Below are positions 44,579-53,218 of a stretch of 64,000 bases of DNA, piece by piece (the first letter of the stretch is position 1; every line of letters starts with the position of its first letter). Source of the DNA: Phototrophicaceae bacterium (GTDB taxonomy: Bacteria; Chloroflexota; Anaerolineae; Aggregatilineales; Phototrophicaceae); assembly GCA_965115865.1 (NCBI GenBank), contig OZ220469.1, forward strand, positions 586,638 to 650,637, read 5' to 3'. The translations under genes were made by a program, and so were the position numbers. The notes beneath the pieces were generated by a model. The model saw only the letters and a program-made list of their open reading frames with translations. It was not told where the DNA came from and made no database searches.

Positions 44579-45343
44579 TTAAGGTAACCCACTCAAGATG
44601 TATTGGGGATTGGGGAAGCCGCTCGCGGCCAATTGTTGGCGATAAGCATCGATGTCATAAGGTACGGCGCGCAAGGTCAATTGAAGCTCGTCGCCCTTAA
44701 AATCCAGGAGCGCCCAAGCAGCCCGGCCCGGGTAATCGGCCGCGCAACCCACACTACCGGGGTTGAGCAAACGCCAGCCAGCGACGCGGCGGTCGTATTG
44801 CTGGTGGATATGGCCGCCGATGCCCAGACGGCCTTCGCGTTCTAGCAAGAAATCGAGGACCAGATCATCGGGTGTCTCCGGGCGCAGCTGGGCCTCATCA
44901 TCCCCCGGAACGGCGTGATACCCGTAGCACCAACCGTAGCCCGCTTGCTCTTGGGCGATTTCGGCGCCGACGCCCGCGCGCAAGAAATCATATTCTTCCC
45001 AGCTGAGTTGAGCGAGAGTCCAATCCAGATTGGCGCTCACCTCACTGATCTGAAGACGCCGCTCTTGCAACTCGGCCTCGTTGGCCACTGCCGCGAGTGC
45101 TTTGCGTTCGCCATGCACCAAATAGCGATCGGTGTTGCCGCTGATATAGCGGAGGCGCTTTTTTCCGCGCGTTTGTAAGAGCTCTAGGCAAAGACGAACG
45201 CATTGGGCTGGTCTTGGGCCGGCGGCGGCGTAGTCACCCAATAGCCAGATTTGGTCCGCGTCGCCCTGCGCGCTCAAATCCGCCAGGGCGGCGCGAAAAG
45301 CCATCTCGTTGCCATGGATATCGGAGAAAACGGCGATGCGCAT
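44579..45343 (-). CDS. Metallophosphoesterase (calcineurin-like) family protein
   Basis: M-R-I-A-V-F-S-D-I-H-G-N, L-L-G-D-Y, G-N-T-D, G-G-H-I-H motifs. ATG 45343 lies 7 nt downstream of TATAAT. Confidence 0.7.
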   Translation of the reverse strand: MRIAVFSDIHGNEMAFRAALADLSAQGDADQIWLLGDYAAAGPRPAQCVRLCLELLQTRGKKRLRYISGNTDRYLVHGERKALAAVANEAELQERRLQISEVSANLDWTLAQLSWEEYDFLRAGVGAEIAQEQAGYGWCYGYHAVPGDDEAQLRPETPDDLVLDFLLEREGRLGIGGHIHQQYDRRVAGWRLLNPGSVGCAADYPGRAAWALLDFKGDELQLTLRAVPYDIDAYRQQLAASGFPNPQYILSGLP

Positions 45344-45356
45344 GATGAGGATTATA
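45344..45356 (-). promoter_or_regulatory. -10 box TATAAT, 7 nt upstream of ATG 45343 (leaderless-type promoter of the metallophosphoesterase gene)
   Basis: The minus strand reads GCGCTATAATCCTCATCATG. Confidence 0.45.
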
Positions 45357-45394
45357 GCGCGTGGGCGCCCTTTCACCTTAAAATGCTGAAAGTG

Positions 45395-45423
45395 AAGGAC
45401 CCCTCGAGGGGGGAGGGGTCCTT
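45395..45423 (-). terminator. Perfect 11-bp GC-rich hairpin downstream of the sdh operon
   Basis: AAGGACCCCTC-GAGGGGG-GAGGGGTCCTT, 109 nt after the sdhB stop. The downstream tail on the minus strand is CACTTTCAGCATTTTAAGG, a weak U-tract. Confidence 0.5.
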
Positions 45424-45531
45424 ACTTGGGGGAAACACGATGCAAGGCTGGGCTGGTTGAATTGCTCAACCTCACACAAGATGAATTTAGCAGGGTGGTG
45501 CGGTGGATGTGCCCAAATGGTATAGACCAAT

Positions 45532-46281
45532 TCAATGTTTATCTTGGGAAAAGGGTTGGATGACACCATCTGTTTTGCCTCGCTGGATGGCCACTTTCAC
45601 CTCGCCAATGGCCCGCGTGACCTCGATATCGCGCGGGCAAGCGCTCGTACAATTGAAGATGGTTCGGCAGCGCCAGACGCCATCGCCATCATCCAGGACG
45701 CGTAGGCGCTCCTCATCGGCGCGGTCGCGGTCGTCGAATAGGAAACGATGCGCTTGCACGATGGCCGCTGGCCCGTAATATTCGCCGTTGGCCCAAAAAC
45801 TGGGACAGGAAGTGGTGCAGGCGGCGCAAAGGATGCAATTGGTGCTGTCATCATAGAGTGAGCGCGCCGCCGGCGTTTGTAGGCGCTCGCGCCCGTCGGC
45901 GGGCGGCGCCTCGTCGTTGACCAAATAGGGCATAACGCGGCGGTAATGAGCGAAGAAAGGTTCCATATCCACCACCAGATCTTTCAAAACCGGTAGGCCC
46001 AGGATGGGCTCGATCTGCACAAGTTCGCCGACATCGCGGATGAGCAATTTGCAAGCCAGGCGGTTGACGCCGTTGATGCGCATGGCGTCGGAACCGCAGA
46101 TGCCCGCCGAACACGAGCGACGAAAGGTCAAGGTGCCGTCCTGCTCCCATTTGACGCGATGCAAAAGCTCGAGCACACGCTCGGTTGGTTGCACTTCGGC
46201 GAGCTCAAATTCTTGCCAGTAAGGGCGCGGCGACGGTCCACTCTCGGGGTCATAACGGCGGATGCGAAAGCGAATTTCCAT
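45532..46281 (-). CDS. sdhB: Succinate dehydrogenase/fumarate reductase iron-sulfur subunit
   Basis: C-S-A-G-I-C-G-S-D ([2Fe-2S]), C-I-L-C-A-A-C-T-T-S-C-P and C-R-T-I-F-N-C-T-S-A-C-P clusters. ATG 46281 with SD GAGGAG. Confidence 0.9.
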   Translation of the reverse strand: MEIRFRIRRYDPESGPSPRPYWQEFELAEVQPTERVLELLHRVKWEQDGTLTFRRSCSAGICGSDAMRINGVNRLACKLLIRDVGELVQIEPILGLPVLKDLVVDMEPFFAHYRRVMPYLVNDEAPPADGRERLQTPAARSLYDDSTNCILCAACTTSCPSFWANGEYYGPAAIVQAHRFLFDDRDRADEERLRVLDDGDGVWRCRTIFNCTSACPRDIEVTRAIGEVKVAIQRGKTDGVIQPFSQDKH

Positions 46282-46316
46282 CGGGGAAATCTCCTCAGTA
46301 TGGACGGGGCACTCGG

Positions 46317-48155
46317 TCAATAAACGCGTGGCCGCGGTTTGAAATGTTGCTCGTCTTCGGGTAGGCCGCGCTCCTTTTCCGCTTCCCAGAGCGAGAAATC
46401 GACGCCTTTTTCTAGGTTGAGCACCATTTCCGTCCCATCCTTTTGCACGAGGCTATGGGTGAGCCAGTTGTGGTCGTCGCGGTCCGGGTAATCTTCGCGG
46501 GAATGAGCGCCGCGGCTTTCGCGACGCGCGCGTGCGGAATGCGCCGTCGCTTCCGCGAGATCGAGTAGGCAACCCAGCTCCCAGGCTTCCATCAAGTCGG
46601 AGTTGAAGCGCCGGCCGCGGTCGTCGATGCGCAAGTCATCCTCGTAACGCGCGCGTAGAGCAGCGATATCCTCCAGAGCGGTGGACATCATTTCTTCGGT
46701 GCGAAAGACACCGACATGGGTCATCATCGTCTCTTGGAGTTGTTGGCGGATGGCGCCGGGGCGCGTTTGACCTTGGCTGGCGCGGAGCCGGGCGAAAGCC
46801 GCTTGCGCGCTCTTCGCGGCGTTTTTGGGCAAGGCGCGGCGGTCACCGCCAGCGACCATCGCGGCGATGCGCATCCCCCCCAAGCGGCCGAAGACAATCA
46901 GGTCCACTAGGGAATTGGTCCCCAGGCGATTGGCACCATGACAGCTCACGCAGGCCACTTCGCCGGCGGCGAAGAAACCCGGCACGACCGTATGGTTCGC
47001 GTCGCGGGTCACTTCGGCGTTCAGATTGGTCGGTATGCCCCCCATGGCGTAATGGGCGGTGGGTCGGACGGGCATCGGCTCTTTGAGCGGGTCGACGCCG
47101 ACATATGTGCGACAGGTATCCAGCGTTTCCGCCAGGTTCTGGATGATGTAGCCTTCATCGATGCGCCGCTCTTCGCCCGCCTCGGCCAGGTAGCGGTTGA
47201 CGGTACTCGGCCGTACATCAAGGTGGACATAATCCTGGCCGCGGATACCCAAGCCATCCCGCAACTCCAGGTAGATGGCACGGCTCACGATATCGCGACT
47301 GGCGAGGTCTTTGATGCTGGGCGCGTAGCGTTCCATGAAGCGCTCGCCGCGGCCATTCAGCAAGATGCCCCCCTCGCCGCGGATGCCTTCGGTGAGCAAG
47401 ACGCCGAGGCCATAGAGACCAGTGGGGTGGAATTGATAAAATTCCATATCTTGCAGGGGTAATCCATGGCGCAAGGGCAGGGCGGCGCCATCACCAGTCA
47501 GGCTATGCGCATTGCTCGTGAAAGACCAGACGCGCCCCCAGCCACCGGTGGCGAAAAGGGTCGCCTGGGCATGGAAGATATGCCAAGCGCCACTGCCCAA
47601 CTCGAGCGCCACGCAACCACAAACCGCCGCGTCATTCATCACCAGATCGACGACATGAAATTCGTCGAAGAAAGTCACTCCCTGTTTGATGCATTGTTGG
47701 TATAGGGTTTGCAGGATCATATGCCCGGTGCGATCGGCGGAATGGCAAGCGCGGCGCACTGGGGCCTCGCCGAAGTTGCGCGTATGGCCGCCAAAGCGGC
47801 GTTGACTGATGCGCCCTGCTGAGGTTCGGTCGAAGGGCAACCCCATATGTTCCAGCTCGACCACGGCGGCGACCGCATTTTCGGAGAGTACTTGAGCGGC
47901 GTTTTGGTCGGTCAAATAATCGCCGCCCTTAACGGTGTCGTAGGCATGCCAGAGCGGGTCATCATCTTCCAAATTCCCGAGGGCCGCGCCGATGCCGCCG
48001 AGGGCGGCGCCGGTATGGCTGCGCGTGGGGTATAGTTTACTGACGACGGCCACGCGGGCGCCGCCCTGGCTGGCGTAGAGGGCGGCCATGAGGCCGGCGC
48101 CGCCCGCGCCGACGATGACGGCATCATATTCGTGGATGGTGCTCTCGTCGTTCAA
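46317..48155 (-). CDS. sdhA: Succinate dehydrogenase flavoprotein subunit
   Basis: [19 protein letters not shown] (FAD-linking His), H-P-T-G, H-Y-A-M-G-G-I. TTG start. Confidence 0.9.
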   Translation of the reverse strand: MNDESTIHEYDAVIVGAGGAGLMAALYASQGGARVAVVSKLYPTRSHTGAALGGIGAALGNLEDDDPLWHAYDTVKGGDYLTDQNAAQVLSENAVAAVVELEHMGLPFDRTSAGRISQRRFGGHTRNFGEAPVRRACHSADRTGHMILQTLYQQCIKQGVTFFDEFHVVDLVMNDAAVCGCVALELGSGAWHIFHAQATLFATGGWGRVWSFTSNAHSLTGDGAALPLRHGLPLQDMEFYQFHPTGLYGLGVLLTEGIRGEGGILLNGRGERFMERYAPSIKDLASRDIVSRAIYLELRDGLGIRGQDYVHLDVRPSTVNRYLAEAGEERRIDEGYIIQNLAETLDTCRTYVGVDPLKEPMPVRPTAHYAMGGIPTNLNAEVTRDANHTVVPGFFAAGEVACVSCHGANRLGTNSLVDLIVFGRLGGMRIAAMVAGGDRRALPKNAAKSAQAAFARLRASQGQTRPGAIRQQLQETMMTHVGVFRTEEMMSTALEDIAALRARYEDDLRIDDRGRRFNSDLMEAWELGCLLDLAEATAHSARARRESRGAHSREDYPDRDDHNWLTHSLVQKDGTEMVLNLEKGVDFSLWEAEKERGLPEDEQHFKPRPRVY

Positions 48156-48170
48156 TGTGGACTTTTGCTC

Positions 48171-49250
48171 CTATTCCGCAGTTTCGGTGCCGAGTTCACA
48201 CCCCAGGGCTTTGAGCACCTCCGCCGAAGATTCATGTGCTTCGTGGATTTCGCAGAGGGCGCGCTCCGCTTGGTGGACGGCCGCTTCGTCGATGCCGATG
48301 ACGAGGGCGCCGCCGCCCAATGCGAGCAAGACCAGCGCGCCGGTGAGGCTGAGATAGAGCGCGGCGCGTTTCAGCAAGGGGGTATGCAGATAATCCCAGA
48401 GTACCGTGCGCAAGCCGTTGAAGCCATGGGCAACGACGAGAGCCAGCAAAGCGAAATCATACAATCGCCAAATCGCCAGCGGGCCGACGAGCGTGTTCCA
48501 ACGGTCCTGCACGAATTCGACGGCAGTCCCACTGGTATTCAATCCGACCTGGCTGGCGTTCGCGCCGACGGCCAGGTGTCCCGACGCACTGATATCGAAA
48601 ACCCCCTGGACGACATGCATCATCGCCAGGTGCCCGAAGACCAAGGGCAACATCAACAAACCGCTGACGCGCATATAGCGCCACCAAAAGCGTTCGATAT
48701 GTGTTTTTTGGGCGGATGTGCCCGCTTGACTTGGCCGGGCGATGAGGGAGTGCAGCCCCGCCAGCAGGAGCGCGAAGATGCCCGCCAAGGCGAAACCGCT
48801 CAGGAAGGGCAATTGCCCTCGCAAGACTTCCCCCAGCGGTAAGACGAAGGGCGAGTGGCGATAGAAATCCAAGACATGCCCGAGCATCAACAAAAAAACT
48901 GGTGTCAGCAAAAGAGCGCTGCCGCCAAGCACGGCGAAGGCCGCGCGACCCTGGTGGCGCCAGAGCGCCGGCCGGTAATCGAAGAAGGCGATGCGCAACC
49001 CATTCAGCGCGTGGTAGACGACCGCAGCCACTAGCGCGAACTCACCCAGGGTGAAAAGTGGCGATTGGTAGGTCTTGATGGCCTCTTCATACAACCCGGG
49101 ATAAAAGACCGCCCATGAAGTATCGATGACATGGATTGTGAGGAAGAGCACGACGCCGATGCCGCTCAGGCGGTGCAACAGCCAACTCCATTGCCCGATG
49201 GCGCCTCGATAGCGCATCGATTCGCGGACAGTCAACAGCAAGGTGGTCAA
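48171..49250 (-). CDS. sdhC: Succinate dehydrogenase membrane anchor, apparent SdhC-SdhD fusion (cytochrome b)
   Basis: Two internally similar 3-TM modules. The first has H-R-L-S-G...T-I-H-V and Y-H-A-L-N-G-L-R-I-A-F-F-D-Y. The second has M-R-V-S-G...G-H-L-A-M-M-H-V and A-H-G-F-N-G-L-R-T-V-L-W-D-Y. TTG 49250 with SD AGGAG 8 nt upstream. Confidence 0.7.
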   Translation of the reverse strand: MTTLLLTVRESMRYRGAIGQWSWLLHRLSGIGVVLFLTIHVIDTSWAVFYPGLYEEAIKTYQSPLFTLGEFALVAAVVYHALNGLRIAFFDYRPALWRHQGRAAFAVLGGSALLLTPVFLLMLGHVLDFYRHSPFVLPLGEVLRGQLPFLSGFALAGIFALLLAGLHSLIARPSQAGTSAQKTHIERFWWRYMRVSGLLMLPLVFGHLAMMHVVQGVFDISASGHLAVGANASQVGLNTSGTAVEFVQDRWNTLVGPLAIWRLYDFALLALVVAHGFNGLRTVLWDYLHTPLLKRAALYLSLTGALVLLALGGGALVIGIDEAAVHQAERALCEIHEAHESSAEVLKALGCELGTETAE

Positions 49251-49277
49251 ACGCGCAACTCCTGAGTGTTTCTCAGC

Positions 49278-49306
49278 AGTATAAACGGCCAGCTGGGGTC
49301 AGGCAA
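49278..49306 (-). promoter_or_regulatory. Promoter TTGCCT-N17-TATACT for sdhC/D-A-B
   Basis: The minus strand reads TTGCCTGACCCCAGCTGGCCGTTTATACT, followed by a leader with SD AGGAG and TTG 49250. Confidence 0.45.
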
Positions 49307-49357
49307 GCGCCCATCGCCCTGGGCGTTTTATACCGCCCGTAATCGCGATAGTGTGGC

Positions 49358-49363
49358 TATAAT
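49358..49363 (+). promoter_or_regulatory. Candidate -10 box TATAAT for msrA
   Basis: GTGTGGCTATAATCGCC, 42 nt upstream of ATG 49405. SD GGAGGA is in the leader. No good -35. Confidence 0.35.
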
Positions 49364-49404
49364 CGCCTCGGGAAGGCCGCGTTGGCGCAGGAACGGAGGA
49401 CGAG

Positions 49405-49941
49405 ATGAATGAGAAAATGGCGACCTTGGGCGGCGGTTGTTTTTGGTGCCTCGAGGCGGTTTATCTCGAATTGGCGGGAGTATTGCGCGTCGTCTCGGGC
49501 TATAGCGGCGGACGCATCGTTAACCCCAGTTATGAAGATGTCTGCACGGGTATGACTGGGCATGCCGAGGTCGTGCAGATCACCCACGACAGCGACCGGA
49601 TCACCTATCGTGATTTGTTGGCGGTGTTTTTCACCATTCATGACCCGACGCAGCGAAATCGACAGGGCGCGGATGTCGGCACACAATATCGCTCGGTTAT
49701 TTTCCACCACGACTCGGAGCAAAAGGCAGACGCGGAAGCGGCCATCGCCGAATACGCGGCGCAATGGCCCCAGCCCATCGTGACGGAAGTGACGCCACTC
49801 GCGGAATTCTATGCGGCGGAGGATTACCACCAGGGGTATTTCGCCCGCAATCCGCATACTGGCTATTGCCGCATGGTTGTCGCGCCGAAGGTGGCAAAAT
49901 TCCGCAAACAACACTTGGCGCGTTTGAAGAAAGGGGCATGA
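49405..49941 (+). CDS. msrA: Peptide-methionine (S)-S-oxide reductase
   Basis: G-G-G-C-F-W-C-L-E-A-V-Y active site. H-D-P-T-Q-R-N-R-Q-G-A-D-V-G-T-Q-Y-R-S. SD GGAGGA. Confidence 0.9.
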   Translation: MNEKMATLGGGCFWCLEAVYLELAGVLRVVSGYSGGRIVNPSYEDVCTGMTGHAEVVQITHDSDRITYRDLLAVFFTIHDPTQRNRQGADVGTQYRSVIFHHDSEQKADAEAAIAEYAAQWPQPIVTEVTPLAEFYAAEDYHQGYFARNPHTGYCRMVVAPKVAKFRKQHLARLKKGA

Positions 49942-50001
49942 GGCGGTCAGCTCGGCGATGACGATTGAAAATCGTTCCCGGCTCCCAATCGCCAAACCCT
50001 C

Positions 50002-50931
50002 TCACCATTCCCAGGCGCCCAACGCCCATTGCCGCTGCTCGGGGGCGGCGCCGCTCGCTCGGTTGGCGGCCGCGTCTTCCAGTGACCAGAGGTGCATCAA
50101 TAGCCCCCGCAACTGCATGAAACGCGGCAACGCGCCTCGTAGCGTTTCATCGATGGCGCGGACCGCGCCATAACCCTCGAGTAGCGCGTTTTCCAGCTGG
50201 CGGCGTTGGCGTGGTGGCCTTCGATAGAAATCCAACAGCGCGCGCCCCAAATCCACCCACACCCAATTGTAGACAGGTTCATCGAAATCGATGATGGTCA
50301 CCCGTCTCCCATCCCAAAAGGCGTTGGCGGGGTGCATATCACCATGGGTGAGCGCGAAATCCCGCCGCGGCAATTCCTGCAACCAGTGGCCGAGTTGAGA
50401 GTACAAAGCGCAGATGGCCGCATCGGCAAGTTGGGATTGCGCTTGGGTGTTTTGGTAGAAATCGAAGATGCTATGGTGTTGATGCGGCGCGGGGCGATAG
50501 GTGCTGGCCGCTTCATGCAACTCGGCGATGCTCCGCCCCCAAGCGCGAAAGACGCGCCGGTCGCTTTCGCGCGGGTCGATGGCCGCGCCGGGGGCCGCCC
50601 TGACGAGGCCGGCGAAATAGCGCGTTCCACCCTGAGCGAGCCATACCAGGTGCTCACCATTCGCCGCCAGTCGCGGTGCGCAGACGGCGACGCCGCTTTT
50701 CGCCAAATACGCCTGAAAATGATAGGCGGCGCGCGCGGTCTGCGGCTGGCGGATGCTGGGGTGCGAGAGGCGCAAGTAGTGCCATTCTCCGGCGAGCCGC
50801 AGGCGACAGACGATGCTGAGCCGCCGCTCGACCAATTGGATGGTGTTGGGGTCTGCGCCCCAGTGCTCCGCGACGAAAGCGGGCAGTGCGCTCAGATCGA
50901 AGGTATCGCGATAGTGTCGCCAACCGGGCAT
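50002..50931 (-). CDS. Phosphotransferase (APH/choline-kinase-like) family protein
   Basis: Brenner/catalytic motif L-T-H-G-D-M-H-P-A-N and I-I-D-F-D-E. ATG 50931 with SD GAGGAGAGG. Confidence 0.65.
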   Translation of the reverse strand: MPGWRHYRDTFDLSALPAFVAEHWGADPNTIQLVERRLSIVCRLRLAGEWHYLRLSHPSIRQPQTARAAYHFQAYLAKSGVAVCAPRLAANGEHLVWLAQGGTRYFAGLVRAAPGAAIDPRESDRRVFRAWGRSIAELHEAASTYRPAPHQHHSIFDFYQNTQAQSQLADAAICALYSQLGHWLQELPRRDFALTHGDMHPANAFWDGRRVTIIDFDEPVYNWVWVDLGRALLDFYRRPPRQRRQLENALLEGYGAVRAIDETLRGALPRFMQLRGLLMHLWSLEDAAANRASGAAPEQRQWALGAWEW

Positions 50932-51040
50932 CAGCCTCTCCTCACCATTGCCATTGCACAGGGCGCCAGCCATCATTCAGATGAGATGAGTGGCTGCAAA
51001 AAACAAACGATTGGCGGCCGCTCTGGCGCTGCGGTGTCTA

Positions 51041-51364
51041 TTACATTAACTTTCTATAAGAAACGGTGCCAATTCGCAAGAATTGGCCGCAAGAACGCGT
51101 CTGGGCAGTGAATGACCTGCACCCTTTTTTCGGCGAATGCGTAATTGAGGGTGTAGCGGAGATGAGACCAAGGAGTGTGAAATGGTCTTTTGGATTGAAA
51201 AGCGCCAAATGCAGTTGCATCACGAGGAGATGCTCCGCGCGGCGCGCCATCAGCAACTTGCCCGTCAACTGCGTCGCGAACGCCGAGAGCGCCGCGCCGA
51301 GCGCCAATAGCCAACCAGTCTTGGCCAGCGCGAGGGTGAAATCCCGCACTGGTGAAACCACCAT
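51041..51364 (-). CDS. Possible small membrane protein (about 107 aa)
   Basis: ATG 51364 is preceded by SD GGAAGGAAG at 6 nt. One hydrophobic segment, W-L-L-A-L-G-A-A-L-S-A-F. The 3' half lies in lower-GC sequence, so the true length is doubtful. Confidence 0.25.
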   Translation of the reverse strand: MVVSPVRDFTLALAKTGWLLALGAALSAFATQLTGKLLMARRAEHLLVMQLHLALFNPKDHFTLLGLISATPSITHSPKKGCRSFTAQTRSCGQFLRIGTVSYRKLM

Positions 51365-51385
51365 ATACACTTCCTTCCCTGAGTG

Positions 51386-51412
51386 AGCGCTCCGTCTCCC
51401 CCGCGGAGCGCT
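51386..51412. terminator. 9-bp hairpin between the GT4 gene stop and the small ORF
   Basis: AGCGCTCCG-TCTCCCCCG-CGGAGCGCT. A T-rich tail (TGCTCTTTCTC) occurs only on the plus strand, so the orientation of function is ambiguous. Confidence 0.35.
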
Positions 51413-51441
51413 TGCTCTTTCTCAAAAACGGATGAAGGCTT

Positions 51442-52524
51442 TCAGCCCAAGACTTCCGCAAAAGCAGCCAGGGTTTGTTGCGCGCTTTTCTCCCAGCGAA
51501 AGCGCTGCGCCTGTTGCTGCCCGCGCTCGATCAAGCGGCGGCGCAGCGCCTCGTCGGTGTTGATTCGCGCCAAGGCGTTGGCCCAGGCCCCTTCGTCGTG
51601 CGCATCCAGGAGCAACCCGGCATCACCCACGACTTCGGGTAGGCTGGCGCGGTCACTGGCCAGCACGGGCGTGCCGCAATGCATCGCCTCTAGCGCCGGG
51701 AAGCCGAAGCCCTCGTGCAATGCGGGAAAGAGCAGCGCGCGCGCGCCGGCGTAGAGCGCGCCGATATCTTCCTCCGCAACATAACCGAGCGGACGGAGGT
51801 TGCGGCCTGCGCTCAACCAGCTTTCCTCGAAAAGCCAGCCGCGCCGGCCCGCCAAGACCAGCGCGCAATCCGCTTGACTTTGCCGCGTCAGCCAACTTTG
51901 GAAGGCGGCCACCAACATGGCGATGTTCTTGCGTGGCTGTAGGGTGCCGACATGCAAGAAATAGCATGGTGGCAGATCGTATTTGGCGCGCAGGGCCGCT
52001 GTATCGCCGATTTTTGGCGCGCTGAGGCCGGGGTAGACGACCCGCAATTTTCTGGCGGGTATATCATAAAATTGCTGTAAATCGACGGCCGTCGCTTGGC
52101 TATCGCAAAGTACAATCTTGGCGCGGCGCGCGCTATGGCGTGTGCTCCAATCGAGGTAGCGGCGTTGGCGCGGGGGGTGCGCGAGCGGGAAATGGCGAAA
52201 GCCGAGGTCATGTACGGTGACGATGGCGGGCCCCGGGAAGGCGAGCGGCAAACTATGGGCGGGCACGAAGGTGAGCGCTGGCCGCTCACGCCAGATGGCG
52301 GCGGCGAAGCGCGCGTGCGTCCATAAGCGCGGGCTGGGGATGATGCGCTGCCTCACCCGCGCCGAGGTCGGCAATAAATCTGGCGCTGGGCGGTCGCGAA
52401 AGTAGAGCGTGAGCGAATACTCACGATTTTGGCGGATGAGCGCGCGCAAGAGCGCGAGGGAATATTGCTCCGTGCCGGTCCTTTGGGCGCGGGTCGAGCG
52501 GCTGGCGTCGATGGCGATGCGCAT
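51442..52524 (-). CDS. Family 4 glycosyltransferase
   Basis: P-A-L-H-E-G-F-G-F-P-A-L-E-A-M-H-C-G-T-P-V-L-A-S (GT4 EX7E region) and an N-terminal MRIAIDA.. start. Confidence 0.8.
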   Translation of the reverse strand: MRIAIDASRSTRAQRTGTEQYSLALLRALIRQNREYSLTLYFRDRPAPDLLPTSARVRQRIIPSPRLWTHARFAAAIWRERPALTFVPAHSLPLAFPGPAIVTVHDLGFRHFPLAHPPRQRRYLDWSTRHSARRAKIVLCDSQATAVDLQQFYDIPARKLRVVYPGLSAPKIGDTAALRAKYDLPPCYFLHVGTLQPRKNIAMLVAAFQSWLTRQSQADCALVLAGRRGWLFEESWLSAGRNLRPLGYVAEEDIGALYAGARALLFPALHEGFGFPALEAMHCGTPVLASDRASLPEVVGDAGLLLDAHDEGAWANALARINTDEALRRRLIERGQQQAQRFRWEKSAQQTLAAFAEVLG

Positions 52525-52540
52525 CACAGCGGATTTCTCG

Positions 52541-52963
52541 TCAACCGTTGCCGGCGAAATGCAGCAAGAGCGCGGCCAGCGCGCCGACTAGAGCGCAAAG
52601 CCAGCCGGCGCCGCGCAAAGCGGGCCAGGGTGGCCGACTCCAACCGGCCGTCAGCAACAGGGCAATCCCCAGCGTTGCCAAAGAGAGCGCCAACGCCATG
52701 GCACCGCCAACCCAGCGCCAGACCAAAGCCCCGAGCAGCAGTATGCAGCTCAGGAAAACCAGGCCAGCAGGGCGTCTTTCTGCCATTTGCCAACGCGTGA
52801 GGAAGAAAGCGGCCAGCGTGAGCGCGTAGGGCAGGGGTTGGGTTTGGTATTCTCGCGGCGCCAACGCGAGCCAAATCGCCAGCGCCAAAAACCAAATCGC
52901 CGGCGTGCCGCGAGGCAATTGGCGGGCGCGCCGCGCGCGGGATGGCGGGTCGTTCGTGAGCAT
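52541..52963 (-). CDS. Hypothetical integral membrane protein (4 TM)
   Basis: Four hydrophobic helices. ATG 52963 sits 6 nt downstream of CAAAAT, with TTGCGC 17 nt further upstream. Confidence 0.45.
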   Translation of the reverse strand: MLTNDPPSRARRARQLPRGTPAIWFLALAIWLALAPREYQTQPLPYALTLAAFFLTRWQMAERRPAGLVFLSCILLLGALVWRWVGGAMALALSLATLGIALLLTAGWSRPPWPALRGAGWLCALVGALAALLLHFAGNG

Positions 52964-52998
52964 AGCGCTATTTTGCGCCTTGCCGGGTTAAGGCGCAA
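52964..52998 (-). promoter_or_regulatory. Promoter TTGCGC-N17-CAAAAT, 6 nt upstream of ATG 52963 (leaderless-type)
   Basis: The minus strand reads TTGCGCCTTAACCCGGCAAGGCGCAAAATAGCGCTATG. Confidence 0.4.
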
Positions 52999-53179
52999 GT
53001 CAGGGCGTTGACGAATCGTCGTCAGCAGGGTCGGTGAGGGAAAGAAGGATGACGGGTTTGGCCGCCCCTCAATCCAATTGACCTGCACATTTGCGCGTAC
53101 GCTTCTTTGGGTGTCAAATCGAAAGCGGCCAACCCGAGTTTTGGGCTGGCCGTTCCTGCTCAGGCCGATGCGAGGAGGA

Positions 53180-53206
53180 GGTGCCAACCCCAAAGGGATT
53201 GGCACC
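53180..53206 (-). terminator. 8-bp hairpin 12 nt downstream of the toast-rack gene stop
   Basis: GGTGCCAA-CCCCAAAGGGA-TTGGCACC. The minus-strand tail is TCCTCCTCGC. Confidence 0.4.
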
Positions 53207-53218
53207 CATCACACCGAC

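Noticed and set aside
51066-51386. Plus-strand 106-aa ORF in the low-GC gap.
   Set aside because: It has no SD and an odd composition (Cys/Arg/Ser-rich). It overlaps the better-supported minus-strand small ORF.
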